Shown in pieces: positions 40,921 through 53,296 of a DNA stretch of 64,000 nt. Source of the DNA: Callorhinchus milii (taxonomy: Eukaryota); the NCBI RefSeq assembly GCF_018977255.1, contig NW_024704743.1, positions 95,606,001 to 95,670,000 of the forward strand, in the 5' to 3' direction. The notes below the pieces were generated by a model. That model was not told the DNA's origin. It saw only the letters and a list, made by a program, of their open reading frames with translations, and made no database searches. Numbering within the stretch: the stretch's first letter is position 1; every line of letters starts with the position of its first letter. The position numbers were made by a program, and so were the translations under genes.

Positions 40921-41269
40921 CTGAGACTCTGTATGATTAGACACCTTGAGAGCAAGATGTGAAAGGTTGTTGTAGAGTCTGAAACCAAAACCCACCCAAC
41001 TACAGCAGAGTTCCAACAAACACTGGAGGGCATAAGTGTGCAATCGATGGTTTAGATTCGAGGGCTGAGAGCTGAATGCCTTTTGTGTTCTGCCTTCGAG
41101 ACCATCAGAAAAGACCTATTGAGGTTCAGCTGGATGCTCTCAAAACCATGTCTCAAAACCAAACACTGTGGTCCATTAGAAAATCACATGGAGCCATATT
41201 TGCCTGTCTGGGGTGAGAGATGCTACAGGACTTGAAGAAGATGCAAAAAGCTACAGGTCTTGAAGCTCA

Positions 41270-41563
41270 TTAGTTCGATTCCCGGGCAGGGAAAAACCTG
41301 AGGCAAGTTTTCTTACTTCAAATGCCTAGGTTTCCCTCGCAGTATGTAGGAACCCGGTTATTAGTGAATTGCTAGATTGCTTTCCGGGGTAATAATTCCT
41401 AAAAAAAAATTTGGTCACTCAACGATTGTTTATAGGACACTGCTGCATTTCACCCACAAAATGTACAGTCAATTCACTTAATAGTATATTCTGTGAAGCG
41501 GTTTGAGACGTCTCAATGACGTGATAAGGCGCTATATCAAAAGCAAGGATTATTATTATTATT
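41270..41563 (+). mobile_element. tRNA-headed SINE, long-spacer subfamily, 5'-truncated
   Basis: Runs from gttcgattcccgggcaggg to the (ATT)n tail. Confidence 0.85.
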
Positions 41564-42279
41564 TATAGGCTGACATTCCAATGAGGTGCTGGGGGGAGCT
41601 TGATAATCAGAGGTGCTGTCCTGCGGGTGAGATGTTAAACTGAGATCCCATCTCCCTGTTCAGGAGTACGTTAAAGATCATGTGGCAAGATTTGAAAAAT
41701 GCAGGAATGCAAATAGCTGGCAGATGCTGAATGAGGAACAACACTGCAACAGAGGGTGATCTCAGTCACTAAAACAATAGAATGGAGTGCGATTCAGATA
41801 GCTTTGCCAGCACAGTGCTCACTTTCCATCTGTTCTGGAGCTCACTGAGCCTCTTATGTGATACCAATTCCTGGTGCTGTACCGAGGGCCTGGTGAATAC
41901 CTCCGCCCTGTGGCCACATTATGCAGTATGTGCAGCATACGACTAAAACCCTGTGTGATTACAATGTACCACCCTAGTGATTCAAACAGCAGAAACACTG
42001 CTTTTAAACCCCAGGTACCTTTAATTACTACCCTGTATGATAACTGTTATATACCAGAGGGTATTCTAACTCTTCATTCTCACCTTCAAGGCCCTCCACA
42101 GCCTTGCTCCTTCCTATCTCTGTGACCTGCTGACCTCATGTTGGCCTGTCCACTCCATCCGCTCAGCAGGCGCCGGCCAGCTGCTCGCCCCCGCCTGGCC
42201 CACCCCACCATCGGCGGTTGGGCCTTCAGCCTCTCTGCCCCTACCCTTTGGAACGCCAACCCACATTCCCTTAGTGTTT

Positions 42280-42790
42280 GCGTAAATTCATTCTGAATTT
42301 ACCTCCCTTCAATCGCAGGCCATGTCCTCTGGTTTCACTATTCTGGACAAGTTAAAACAGCCTGTCATGATCTATATTGTCTTGCCCCTTTAGAATTTTA
42401 AAGACAGCAATTATGTTGTCTCTCAATCTTCTCTTTTCCAGCATGAACATACCCAATTTACTTCATTGCTCCTCATAGTCCTGTCCTTCTATTCCCTCAA
42501 TCGTTTTGGTTACCCTCCTCTGTTGTATCCTCGATTTCTCCAATATCCTTTTTGTACTGTGGCAACCACAACTGTACAAAGTACTCTTAGTACAGTCTCA
42601 CCAGTGATTTATACGGTGGCAGGATTATCCCACTATTTTGGCTTGCTATTGATCTTTTGATACATCCCAACATCTGGTTTGCTTTACTCACTGCCACAGA
42701 GCATTGTTGGGAGAGCTTCAATTTATTGCCAATCAGAACCACCAGGTTCTTTTCATTTTTCATACATATTATTTTCCTTCCATTCAAATA
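42280..42790 (-). mobile_element. Decayed CR1 fragment
   Basis: LSQQCSVAVSKANQMLGCIKRSIAS...ILPPYKSLVR is a typical CR1 ORF2 C-terminal motif. Confidence 0.9.
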
Positions 42791-43382
42791 ATAGTCTCAA
42801 GACCCTCCTCTTTGATTACGCCTTTGGACACTTCCTACCCTTCACCCTCCCCGATCCCAACCACCATCTCGGGTCCAAATCCCTGACTGTCCAGAGCCTT
42901 GGGTCATCCTCTAGATGTGAAAGCCGCTATACAATGTAATTTTGTATTTTGTATTGTACCAGATCTTGTCAGATCTGTTAAATCCATAATTGTGATGGAT
43001 TTACACAAGGACCTTAAAATAAAAGAATTGTGAGGAGATTCAGAAAAATGCCAGGTTGCTGTGGAGAATCGTTGCAATGATTGTCCCCCACATGCTGAAC
43101 ATTCATGCTGTGGAAGCCTTTCCTGTTTAAGTAGACCAGGGGTTTATTGGAAAGGACTTGTATTGCACTATGTCTACAATATAGCATCAGCCTCAGTTAA
43201 TCACATTCATCTCTGAGGCAGAAGGTCATTGTTTCAAGCACCAGGTCGACATTTTTAACTCACAGTCCGGATCCAATGCAGTGTAGGGAGTTGTTAACAA
43301 ACCCATGGCATTATTTGAAAAGCAGAGGGAGTTTCTCCCAGATTTCAGGCCAACAATCCTCCAGATAAAATTGATAATTTTA

Positions 43383-43736
43383 TGGAGTCCTGTAGCTCAA
43401 TGGTTAGAGCACTTGCCTCGCATGCAAGAGATTTGGGTTCGATTCCTGGCAGGGTGAAATGTTGGGCAAGTTTCCTTACTCCACACGCCTCTGTTTACCT
43501 AACAGTATGTAGGAACCTGGTTGTTAGCCGACTGGTGGATCGCTTTTCCAGGAGGAATAATTCCTTTAAAGAAATTGGTCACTTCAATCCATGATTGTTC
43601 ATGGGACACTGCTGTGCACAATTGGTTGCCACGTTTCGCCCACAAAATTTACACTTTACAGTATATTCTGTGAAGAGTTTTGAGACGTCTGAAAGACGTA
43701 ATAAGGCACTACATCAAATGCAAGGATTATTATTAT
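43383..43736 (+). mobile_element. Full-length tRNA-headed SINE, long-spacer subfamily
   Basis: ggagtcctgtagctcaatggttagagcac...gggttcgattcc head, then body and tail. Confidence 0.92.
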
Positions 43737-43893
43737 CATTCTCTTTCAATGTTTGTGAGACATTGATGTGTACCAATTGACTGGCTAAAATATGCAGCCA
43801 ATACTTTTTCCAGTAAACCCTGAAAGCGCTTTTGTCAGGTTATCACTGCTCTCATGGTATTTGGCCTTGATGTAATGCTGTAACACCACAAAT

Positions 43894-44218
43894 TAATAAT
43901 AATAATAATAATAATCCTTGCATTTGATATAGCGCTTTTCACGTCGGAAGGACGTCCCAAAGCGCTTCACAGAACACACTGTAAAGTGAATTGACTGTAA
44001 ATTTGTGGGCGAACGCGGCAGCCAATTGCGCACAGCAATGTCCCACAAACAGTCGTAGATTGAAAATGCCAATTTTATTATTGTTTTTGGTTTTGGAGGG
44101 ATTATTATTAGGTGTGTGGAGTAAGGAAACTTGCCCAAGGTTTCGCCCTGCCTGGAATTGAACTCAGGTCTCTCGCTTGCAAAGCGAGTGCTCTAACCAC
44201 TGAGCTACAGGACTCCAC
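43894..44218 (-). mobile_element. Young full-length tRNA-headed SINE
   Basis: Near-identical reverse complement of 24948-25266 with a long (ATT)n tail. Confidence 0.95.
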
Positions 44219-44883
44219 AATTCTCAGCTCCTAAAGGGTATTTAATTGGCCTTGAGCTTAATTGCTTGTGCACTCATTCTAGCTTTGTGATTCTATTTTA
44301 TAGGCCTCATTGGGAATTTTCGGACAATTTTGAGTGAAACCAATATGGATGGCCTTCTCCCGTAAGAGGAGAAGGGAGGCTTCAGGTTGATGATTGTCTT
44401 TAATAAAGAGGGCCAGTCTTTTTCACCCACAAGATAAGAAATCCAGTACCAAGTCACTGTAGGGCTGTAGGTTTCTAATGCCAGAGACATCGAGGTAATC
44501 AGAATGGTCTGAGATGGAAGTGATTTTGTAAAGATTTTTTGAATAATTATTTTAATAATTCCAGTGCAGGTTACAGAAACAATCTCACTCATGACCACTT
44601 AAGCCAGTGACATCAGTGGAAATTTCCCTTCTCTTATTGAATTGTATCATGGGCTCTTTAACTTAACTTCTTTCAGACGAGATGTTAACCCAAGTTCCTT
44701 CTTACTGTTCAGTTGCTTGTTAAAGAACCCATGGTACAATTCAAAAAGAGAAGGGAGTTTCTTACAGTGTCCTGGGCAACAATCCCTAAATAAGAGTGAT
44801 CATTGACTTCATGGCTGTCTGTGGCATATTGCTGTGGGCAAATTGGTATTCCTACAAAATACATAGGCAATGTGCTTTACAGT

Positions 44884-45185
44884 ATAATAATAATAATCCT
44901 TGCATTATATATAGTGGCTTGTCACATTTTCGCGATATCTAAAGCGCTTGACAGAATACACAGTAAAGTAAATTGACTGTATATTTTGTGGGCGTGGATT
45001 GAGTGACCAAATTATTATTATTATTTTTTAAGGGATTATTACCCCTGGAAAGTGATCTGCCAATCGACTAACGACTAGGTTTCTGCTAGGTCAATCGAGG
45101 CATGTGGAATATGGAAACTTGGCCAACATTTCGCCCAGCCCGGGAATCAAACCCAGTCTCTCACTAACTACTCTAAGCTACAGGA
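44884..45185 (-). mobile_element. tRNA-headed SINE, long-spacer subfamily, with internal deletion
   Basis: Tail at about 44884-44990 and head remnant cccgggaatcaaaccca near 45140. Confidence 0.8.
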
Positions 45186-45469
45186 TCCTGTGAAGTACTT
45201 TGAGATGCCCTCCTGACATTAAACGCGGCTTTAATCAAATGTAAGGATTATTATTGCTATTAGCCACAGGCAGATGGAAAGGTGGATTAACATTTCACCT
45301 GAAGACAGCAGCTGACTCAGTCACCCACTTTACTAGAGTCTCAGCCAAGACAATAAACTCAAAGATCTAACTTGGGTCTCAAACCCACAACTTTCTGATC
45401 TTGTGGCAAGAGTGCTAACAGGGACACCTTGGGTCTTAGGATTTAATATCCAATTGAAAGTTTGAGCTT

Positions 45470-46471
45470 GACATGGGGTCAACTTCCACATGTATGCGGA
45501 TGACATCCAATTCTATCTTTCTGTCTCCACCCTCAACTCCAGGACCACTGCTGTCCTGACAGACTGCCTGTCGGACATCAAGTCCTGGATGAGGGCAAAT
45601 TTCCTACAGTTGAATGTGAACAAGACTGAGGCCCTCCTGATTGGCTCGCGCCAGCGCCTCAGCACCTCAGGCTCTGGCAGCATCAACCTCCATGGTTGCA
45701 CACTACAACTCACCAACCCAGTTAGGAACCCAGGTGTCTTGTTCGACCCTTTTTTTTCGACCCTCAACTGTCTTTTCTCCACCACATTCAAGCCATGACC
45801 CGCTCTGCCTTCCCTCACCTCCATAACATCACCCAACTCTGCCACTACCTCATCCCTCAGGCTGCTAAAACTCTTGTTCATGCCTTCAACACCTCCAGGC
45901 TCGACTGCAAACGCTCTGCTTGTCGGCCTTCCCAACTCCTCCCTCCACAGACTGCAGATAATCCAGAACTCTGCAGCCCGTGTCCTCTCCCGCACCAAAC
46001 TCCGTGACCCCATCTCCCCCACTCTCGCCCGACTCCACTGACTCCCTATCCTTCAGAGGATCCAGTTCAAGATCCTGGTCCTCACATACAAAGCCCTCCA
46101 TGGCCTCGCCCCACCTCGCCTGCGACTTCCTAACCCCCTACCAACTCACCCGCTCCCTCCGCTCAGCCGGCTCTGGCCTGCTCCACGTCCCCCAACCCAC
46201 CCACCCCACCATTGGTGGGACAGCCTTCAGCCACTCAGCCCCCAACCTCTGGAATTCCAGCCCCCAGTCACTCCGCCTCGCCCCCTCCTTAGCCTCCTTC
46301 AAGTCCCGCCTCAAGACCCTCCTCTTCGACCCTGCCATCGGCCAACCCCTTCCCCTCCCCTCCCTTACCCCCCCAACCCCAGCTCGAGTCTGAAATGCTC
46401 TACTCTGTCCAGCGCCTTGGGACGTCCTCTCGACGTGAAAGGCGCTATACAAATGTAACCTTGTTGTTGTT
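45470..46471 (+). mobile_element. L2-clade LINE, 5'-truncated about 1 kb
   Basis: MYADDIQFYLS...SWMRANFLQLNVNKTE. Highly similar to 21137-22152 and ends in a (GTT)n tail. Confidence 0.95.
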
Positions 46472-47084
46472 TTTGCAAGGATTATTGTTTTTATCATTAC
46501 CAATATTTGTTAGTGAAGTTTTCTATTTCTTCACTTCTTGGAGGCCAACAGTTTATGTTAATGTCAAGCTGTGTCTCAAAATTGTTAAAAGATCTTTAAA
46601 GTCTCTTACTACATAATCTTGCAAGCTCATAAACAAGAGTCCTTCAGAAGATACAATAATAATAATCCTTGCATGGAGCTGCTTTGACCCTTCAAAGGGA
46701 CTACCATTTCCTCTCTAAGGTTAACCCAATAGCATGACCCTGATAATTATCAACTGAAATTACAATCTTTCTTTACAGATTCAATAATTCTCTCATCGAA
46801 TCTGTCATTACTCTCAGTTGTTACTTAACATTTGAACTGAGAAGCCATCGAAGAGAGAGCAATCATTTCTCTCTTTTGGTGCCCTCTCGTGGAATTACAA
46901 GCGCATAGGCAATGAGAAAATTTACGAGAAGGCTGGATTCATTTTATAGATACTTCCAAATCAAGGTCCTCCTGGCTCATTTATACTACCTCAAGACTCT
47001 GCACCCTAATCCCAGGGATACACATGGTGATTGTCCATTTACGTGTGTAAATGGGCAGCATGTCCACATATAATACATTAAAAA

Positions 47085-47727
47085 AATCCATCTCTGCCAC
47101 ATTGCCCGCCTCCGTCCGTACCTCACAACCGACGCAGCTGAAACCCTCGTCTACGCCTTTGTCACTCCCTGGCTGGAATATTCCGGTGCCCCCTCGCTGG
47201 TCTCTCCAATTCCACTATATGCAAAATTCAATTGATTCGAAACTCCACTGCCCGGATACTCACCCGCACGAAACTCCGTACCCCCATCACACCAGTCCTT
47301 ACCAGACTCCACTGGCTCCCAATTACAGAACGGATCAAATTCAAGATCCTCTCACTTGTTTTCAAATCACTTGAATGGCCTCACACCTCCCTGTCTATTC
47401 GACCTGCTTACCCCCCACTGCACCACCCGCTGCCTCCGCTCGGCTGGCTCCAGCCTCCTGTTTGCCCCTCGTGCCCTCTGTTCTACCATCGGTAGCCGTG
47501 CCTTCAGCCACTATGTGCTGAAACTTTGGAACTCTCTCCCTCAATCCCTTCACCTTGCCCACTCCCTCCCCACCTTCAAATCCTACCTAAAGACCTCGCT
47601 TTTTGATTGTGCTTACAGTCACCTCCCACCTTCCTCTCCCCCTGGTTCGTTGACAGATTCCGCCACTGTGAGGCGCTCCAGGATGCTACCCTGAGTGAAG
47701 GGCACTATATAAATGCAAATTGTTGTA
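47085..47727 (+). mobile_element. L2 3' fragment, diverged subfamily
   Basis: PITPVLTRLHWLPITERIKFKIL and SRAFSHYVLKLWNSLP, followed by an L2 tail. Confidence 0.9.
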
Positions 47728-48754
47728 AGTTGAAGCAAACTGATATTATTAGTGTTTAACGTAAAACAGTTCAGTTGTGTACAAAAGTTGTTCTGCCGGG
47801 GATTCCAGCGGCCAACTTGGAGGAAATTGAACTTGGGTTTCTGGAATCATTTTTCTTTTCAATGTACAATTTCTATAAAACCAGCACTGAACCATTTTCC
47901 CTGCTACTTTCTAACAGTAACCCTCTACTATGATGCAATTACATTGGAATGACTCATTTCAAACTTGCAGTAAGGGCATTGTTTTCAAGTGGTAAGGTTT
48001 GGATCGTGATTCATTTCTATCCACTCAGCAGGCTCTGGTCTGCTCCATGTCCCCCACCCAGCCGACACTACCATCGGCGGTCGGGCCTTCAGCCTTTCTG
48101 CCCCCACCCTATGGAACTCCATCCCACATTCTCTTCGCCTCGCTCCCTCCCTCAAGGTGCATCTCAAAACCCTTCTCTTCGTCCGAGCCTTCAGCCGCCC
48201 TCCTACCCTCAACCCTCCCTGATCCCGACCCCCAGCTCAGGTCCAAATCCCTGACTGTCCAGTGCCTTGGGATGTCCTGCTGACGTGAAAGACACTCTAC
48301 AATGTAATTTTGTATTGTATTAGATATGCAATTCCACTACACCACATACAACAGCAAAGCTGGTTTATTGAGTAAGACAATAAGATATAATTTCACATTC
48401 TGAAAGCTTGGATTCCTACTTTCTCATTCCTGGTCATACACTCAGTTGCTCAATTATATCAATTTAAGTCTTGTTAGATTGCAATTTTTTATCCAAAGAT
48501 TAAGATAATTGAAAGCCATTGTAAGAAACTACTGAACTAAATCACAATGTTAATTGCGTTCTTGTACAAAGTCCACAAAGAATCAAATGAATCGGTTAAG
48601 CACATTATTTTCAAGATTTAGTCAATCAAGTACAATTGATAAAAGCAGGAATTCAGGTGTTGAATCACTAGCAGAGATCACTGCTCTAAGGTGAATTAAA
48701 GCTCAAAGCTCTGAATAAATATGGGATCAAAATAATGAGCGGAATATAGTAGTT

Positions 48755-49822
48755 ACAACAACAAGATTACAATTGTATAGCCCCTTTCACGTCGGGAGGA
48801 TATCCCAAGGCGCTGGACAGAGTACAGCATTTCAGACCCGAGCCGGGGTTGGGGGTTAAGGGAGGGGAGGGGAAGGGGGGTGGCCGATGGCATGGTTGAA
48901 GAGGAGGGTCTTGAAGCTGCACTTGAAGAAGGCTAAGGAGAGGGCGAGGTGGAGTGACTGGGGGATGGAATTCTAGAGGTTGGGGGCAGAATGGCTGAAG
49001 GCTCTCCCGCCAATGGTGGGGTGGGTGGGTTGGGGGACGTGGAGCAGGCCAGAGCCGGCTGAGCGGAGGTAACGGACGGGTTGGTAGGAGGTCGCAGAGG
49101 TGGGGTGAGGCCATGGAGGGCTTTGTATGTGAGGATCAGGATCTTGAACTGGATCCTCTGAAGGATAGGGAGCCAGTGGAGTCAGGCGAGAGTGGGGGAG
49201 ATGGGGATCACGGAGTTTGGTGTGGGAGAGGACACAGGCTGCAGAGTTCTGGATTATCTGCAGCCTGTGGAGGGAGGAGTTGGGAAGGCCGACAAGCAGG
49301 GCGTTTGCATAGTCGAGCCTGGAAGTGATGAAGGCATGAACAAGAGTTTCAGCGGCCTGAGGGGTGAGGTAGTGGCGGAGTCGGTCGATGTTACGGAGGT
49401 GAGGGAAGGCAGAGCGGGTCATGGCTTGAATGTGGGAGAGAAAAGATAGTTGAGGGTCGAACAAGACACCTAGGTTCCTGACTGGCTGGTGAGTTGTAGT
49501 GTGCAACCATGGAGGTTGATGTTACCAGAGCCTAAGGTGCTGAGGCGCTGGTGCGAGTCAATCAGGAGGGCCTCAATCTTGTTCACATTCAACTGTAGGA
49601 AATTTACCCTCATCCAGGACTTGATATCCGACAGGCAGTCTGTCAGGACAGCAGTAGTCCTGGAGTTGAGGGTTGAGGCAGAAAGATAGAGTTGGTTGTC
49701 ATCCCCATACATGTGGAAGTTGACCCCATGTCTGCGGATGATGTCACCAAGGGGGAGCATATAGATATTAAATGGGAGAGGGCCAAGGACAGAGCCCTGG
49801 GGCATGCCAGATGTGACAGTGC
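48755..49822 (-). mobile_element. L2-clade LINE, 5'-truncated about 1.07 kb
   Basis: [37 protein letters not shown]...LVHAFITSRLDYAN. Same subfamily as 21137 and 45470. Confidence 0.95.
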
Positions 49823-50962
49823 AGGGGTTTGCTTCACTTTGCACATCTTGCTATGGCACAAAGACACAGACAATACTTCAAGCTCCATAAATCAGGACAT
49901 AAATAATACTGGATCTTATCTCTCCCGAGTTTGCTGGTCCTCACATTTGCAAAAGTGGAGCTGAGGCAATTGACTTTAACATGCCAGGCATTCCAGCTAC
50001 TAATCTCTATCCACTGATCCCTCTTCAAATAGCAGATATAGCATTAGGCTTGGCTGAGATGGCTCCCACGGTTTAAAAGTTCATAAATACTCATTGTGTA
50101 GATTCACACATGAAGAATGTCCACTTGGGAGAGGTGTTCAAGGGTTGTTGCATTCATGAAATAGTCACCTAATTAGAAGACTAATTTTCTCTATGCTACA
50201 TTTGGAAGCAATGCTGTGGCGCTAGCTATCTGAAACACTGCCTACGCAGTATCACATCATTAACCATCACCATTCTACACTTATTGGCAATGCTTCCAAA
50301 ATAAGACATTCACTAAGAGCTGGATTTTCTGCTGCAGACTTACCTCTTGTCATGGCTTTTCCAGCTCACTTTAGATTTCAATGTTATTCTCACTCAGAAT
50401 GAAAAATGTATAGAACTTCAGATAGCAAACTCATAGTTTATCAAGTGCTTAATTTAATTGCTGAAAAGTCCGCACTAAGATTTTGCAATCTCTCACTCAC
50501 TCACCACCACCCACCATACTTGTTTTCTTTCCTTTTAACTGAAATAAATAAAAAGATATTTCCAAATGGTGATTTGTTGAAAAGCAAACTCAATATTACT
50601 CCAGGATCGTTCTAACCATGCCGCTGCTTATAAATAACAACTTATTTAAGGCTTGAACCCTGCTTCACATCTAAATCAAGGGTAACAGTTCAACATTCAG
50701 CTCTACTGCATACAAACAAATACAGTAAACATTTTAGACTTGGTTGGACATAAGTAAATTAGAATCCACAGCGAAATTTGCAGATGAGGAACACACCTTG
50801 TTACCAGAGTGAATAAGCCACGGGTTGGCAAGTGCCAAGGTCTGGCAACCTGAGAGCATGTGTTGGGGACATTGCTGGAGTTCAACCAGCTAAAAATATA
50901 TAGCTTGGCAGGATGTGGCAAACATCCTTCTGCTTGTCCATGCAGGACCGCTTTACCCATTT

Positions 50963-51788
50963 GGATTAGGTTTGCAACAACACGTCATCAGTAGGATAAA
51001 CTAACTCACCTCAAGACAGTTTAACCCCAGCTCATGTTCCCCATTAACAATAATATTTGGTACAGAGACAATTTACAGCAGGAGGACATCCCAATGGCTT
51101 CACAGAATATACTAGAGTGCAGGGACTGTGTGGATATTTGGGGGCAAATACGGCAGCCAATTTTTGTACACAGTAATGTCACACAAACAGCCATGAAGTG
51201 AATGATAAATTTTATTTGGGAATTGTTGACCAGTAAACCGGGAGAAGCTCCCTTTCAATTAGTGGGTCAACAACCTAACGCTTAGTGAATTCTTCTTCAT
51301 AATGGTAGAAAGGGCCGAAATTAAAGGGTCAAATTATAAATTGCATTTATATAGTGTCTTTCACGTCAGGAGGAAAAAGCAACATTGCTAAGACCGGATG
51401 GTAAGTTACCATTTATTGTCTGCTACGAGTGACCTTCTCCCACATCTATACCCAGCAGAAAGTATCTCATGTAACTATAATTGCTGTGACTGTAGTTCTG
51501 GGAGTTCTATTACTGGCTACAGTATTAGTTGCTGGAATAATATATAATCCTATAATTGAAATAAAAAGCACTTTTTAATATGTTGATCTTAACTTAAACC
51601 CTCAGTGGCATTAGTTTCATTGTCACTCGTTACGACACTTCTATTTATGGCTTGGCCACCACAAGTTGGTTATCTCTGCGGTAACTTTTCTGACACTTCC
51701 AAAAGCCAGAGAGATTGTGAAACCCTGATTTTATGGGTTGTATTCTCACAAAAAGTCAGATCAAGCAAACGTATGCCCTCTGCTCCAT
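50963..51788 (-). pseudogene. Fragmented, decayed 28S (LSU) rRNA-derived segment from the domain V/peptidyl-transferase region, in four collinear pieces
   Basis: Plus-strand pieces at 50963-51045 (caacaacacgtcatcagtagg...cccagctcatgttccc), 51258-51333 (attagtgggtcaacaacctaacgctt...), 51374-51393 (aaaaagcaacattgcta) and 51650-51788 (gcttggccaccacaag..ttatctctgcggtaacttttctgacac). They match consecutive parts of the 28S reverse complement as recalled. Confidence 0.88.
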
Positions 51789-52416
51789 TGTTTATAGCTT
51801 TCAGAATTAAAAAAACATCTTGCATTTATACAGAGCCCTTCACGCAGGTAGGGTTTCATAACGCTTAACAGGAGCAAATGGGATCCCACTCGGATTAGCT
51901 GGGCTGTCATCAGCAATGCCCTGGAGTAACGCAGACCTGTCTGGCTCAGGAACCGGACTACCGAGACCACCACAGAGGGCTAACTCAATTCTAACATTCC
52001 ATTGCTAAGTACATCACCAGCAAGGCTCTACTTCCCCTCTTCCCCCCAGGAGATTGAAGATCTGAAAGGGCACCTAGCTTCAACAGTTGAATCACATCTC
52101 ACAATAGGGCAAACTAGCTACAAGTACTAAATTTAATACCCAAATTACTTAAGAAAACTGGTACCATAATATTACCAGAGATTGCAATCAGTCGACCCAA
52201 CAATTGCCAAGTGAGAATAAAACTGATCATTAAGGTTTTAAGGTTAACCATTAATAAAATCTCTTTATTTAAATTATAGGATTTTATATTATTTCCAGCA
52301 ACTAAAAATCTGTAGTTGGTAATGTATTGCTACCAGAAAAAGGATCACACAATTATAACTATGGAAATATTTTCTGGTGGGCACAACATTAGCAGATAAT
52401 AAAGAGCAATTTACCA
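51399..52416. repeat. Imperfect inverted repeat pair, arms about 51399-51626 and 52208-52416
   Basis: Core ttagttgctggaataatatataatcctataattgaaataaa (51525-51565) versus tttatttaaattataggattttatattatttccagcaactaa (52264-52305). Similarity extends over about 200 bp. Confidence 0.85.
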
Positions 52417-52490
52417 CGCATAACACTGGCCCTCTCGACATGCATCATTTTATAATAAAAACAGAATTGTATTCTTTGTGCAATAGACAA

Positions 52491-52509
52491 TTTATTGTCT
52501 CAATTTATT
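52491..52509 (-). terminator. Candidate KLF10 polyadenylation signals (two AATAAA)
   Basis: Plus-strand tttatt at 52491-52496 and 52504-52509, at the end of an AT-rich, repeat-free 3' UTR about 800 nt past the stop codon. A third lies at 52264-52269. Confidence 0.6.
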
Positions 52510-53296
52510 GAACATGTAAACAAAGTTTATCAATGAAACAAAACATTGTGCAAAATCCAAGTAAGTTGTTGATTCACCTAATGATGCTCCATTATTGTAA
52601 GACTTGTGAAAGCAGCGGGTATTAATTCTTTCACACCCACCCTGCTTGCTGAAAGGAAATGTTTGGTTGGTAATGCAGCAAATGGATTAAACTGTAATTT
52701 AAGGGTTAAATTACTTTCTATTCCAAATACTGCTATGGTGAACTAAGATAATAATGCACAATGAAGCCAGGACTAAACTCAATAGTATGTAATATAGGGG
52801 ATAAATGCTACAACTGTGCAGATTTCCGTGAAAACCTGCAAAATGGTTGGGACACCAAGAAAACAAACAAAAAAACAATATTGCTAAAAGATAGAGCAAA
52901 CAGCTACAGGGCCCAGAAGAAAAGCAATAAATTCAATAACAAAAAGTATATTTTAAACAATTTGCAGTGATTGTATGAAACCAATAAATAGCCCACAAAT
53001 AATTACAAACTCTTTCCACATATACACTGGTAACATTTATAAACTTAAAAAATGTAGCATTATTTACATCCTAATATTTCTGTATAAGTCATTGGGTAAG
53101 GCCATCAGCATTGTCCGAAGTGCAAAAATCACTGTTGCTCCAGTATTCCATGTTCACCTCACGTTGTGCTTTCAAAAATTTTCACACGACATATAAAAAC
53201 ATCTTGTTTCTGCACTCCCTATGCAGTTCAGTGGTTCAAAATCTAACAGCCCTTTTATACAGACAGAAGTGCTTGAAGAGTCAGAGATTGCATGGT

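Noticed and set aside
44145..44218. tRNA-Ala(TGC)-like cloverleaf (also near 20095-20159, 24948-25025 and 43383-43455)
   Set aside because: It is always fused to the same SINE body and (ATT)n tail, has an imperfect T-stem and lacks a proper oligo-T terminator. It is a SINE head, not a tRNA gene.
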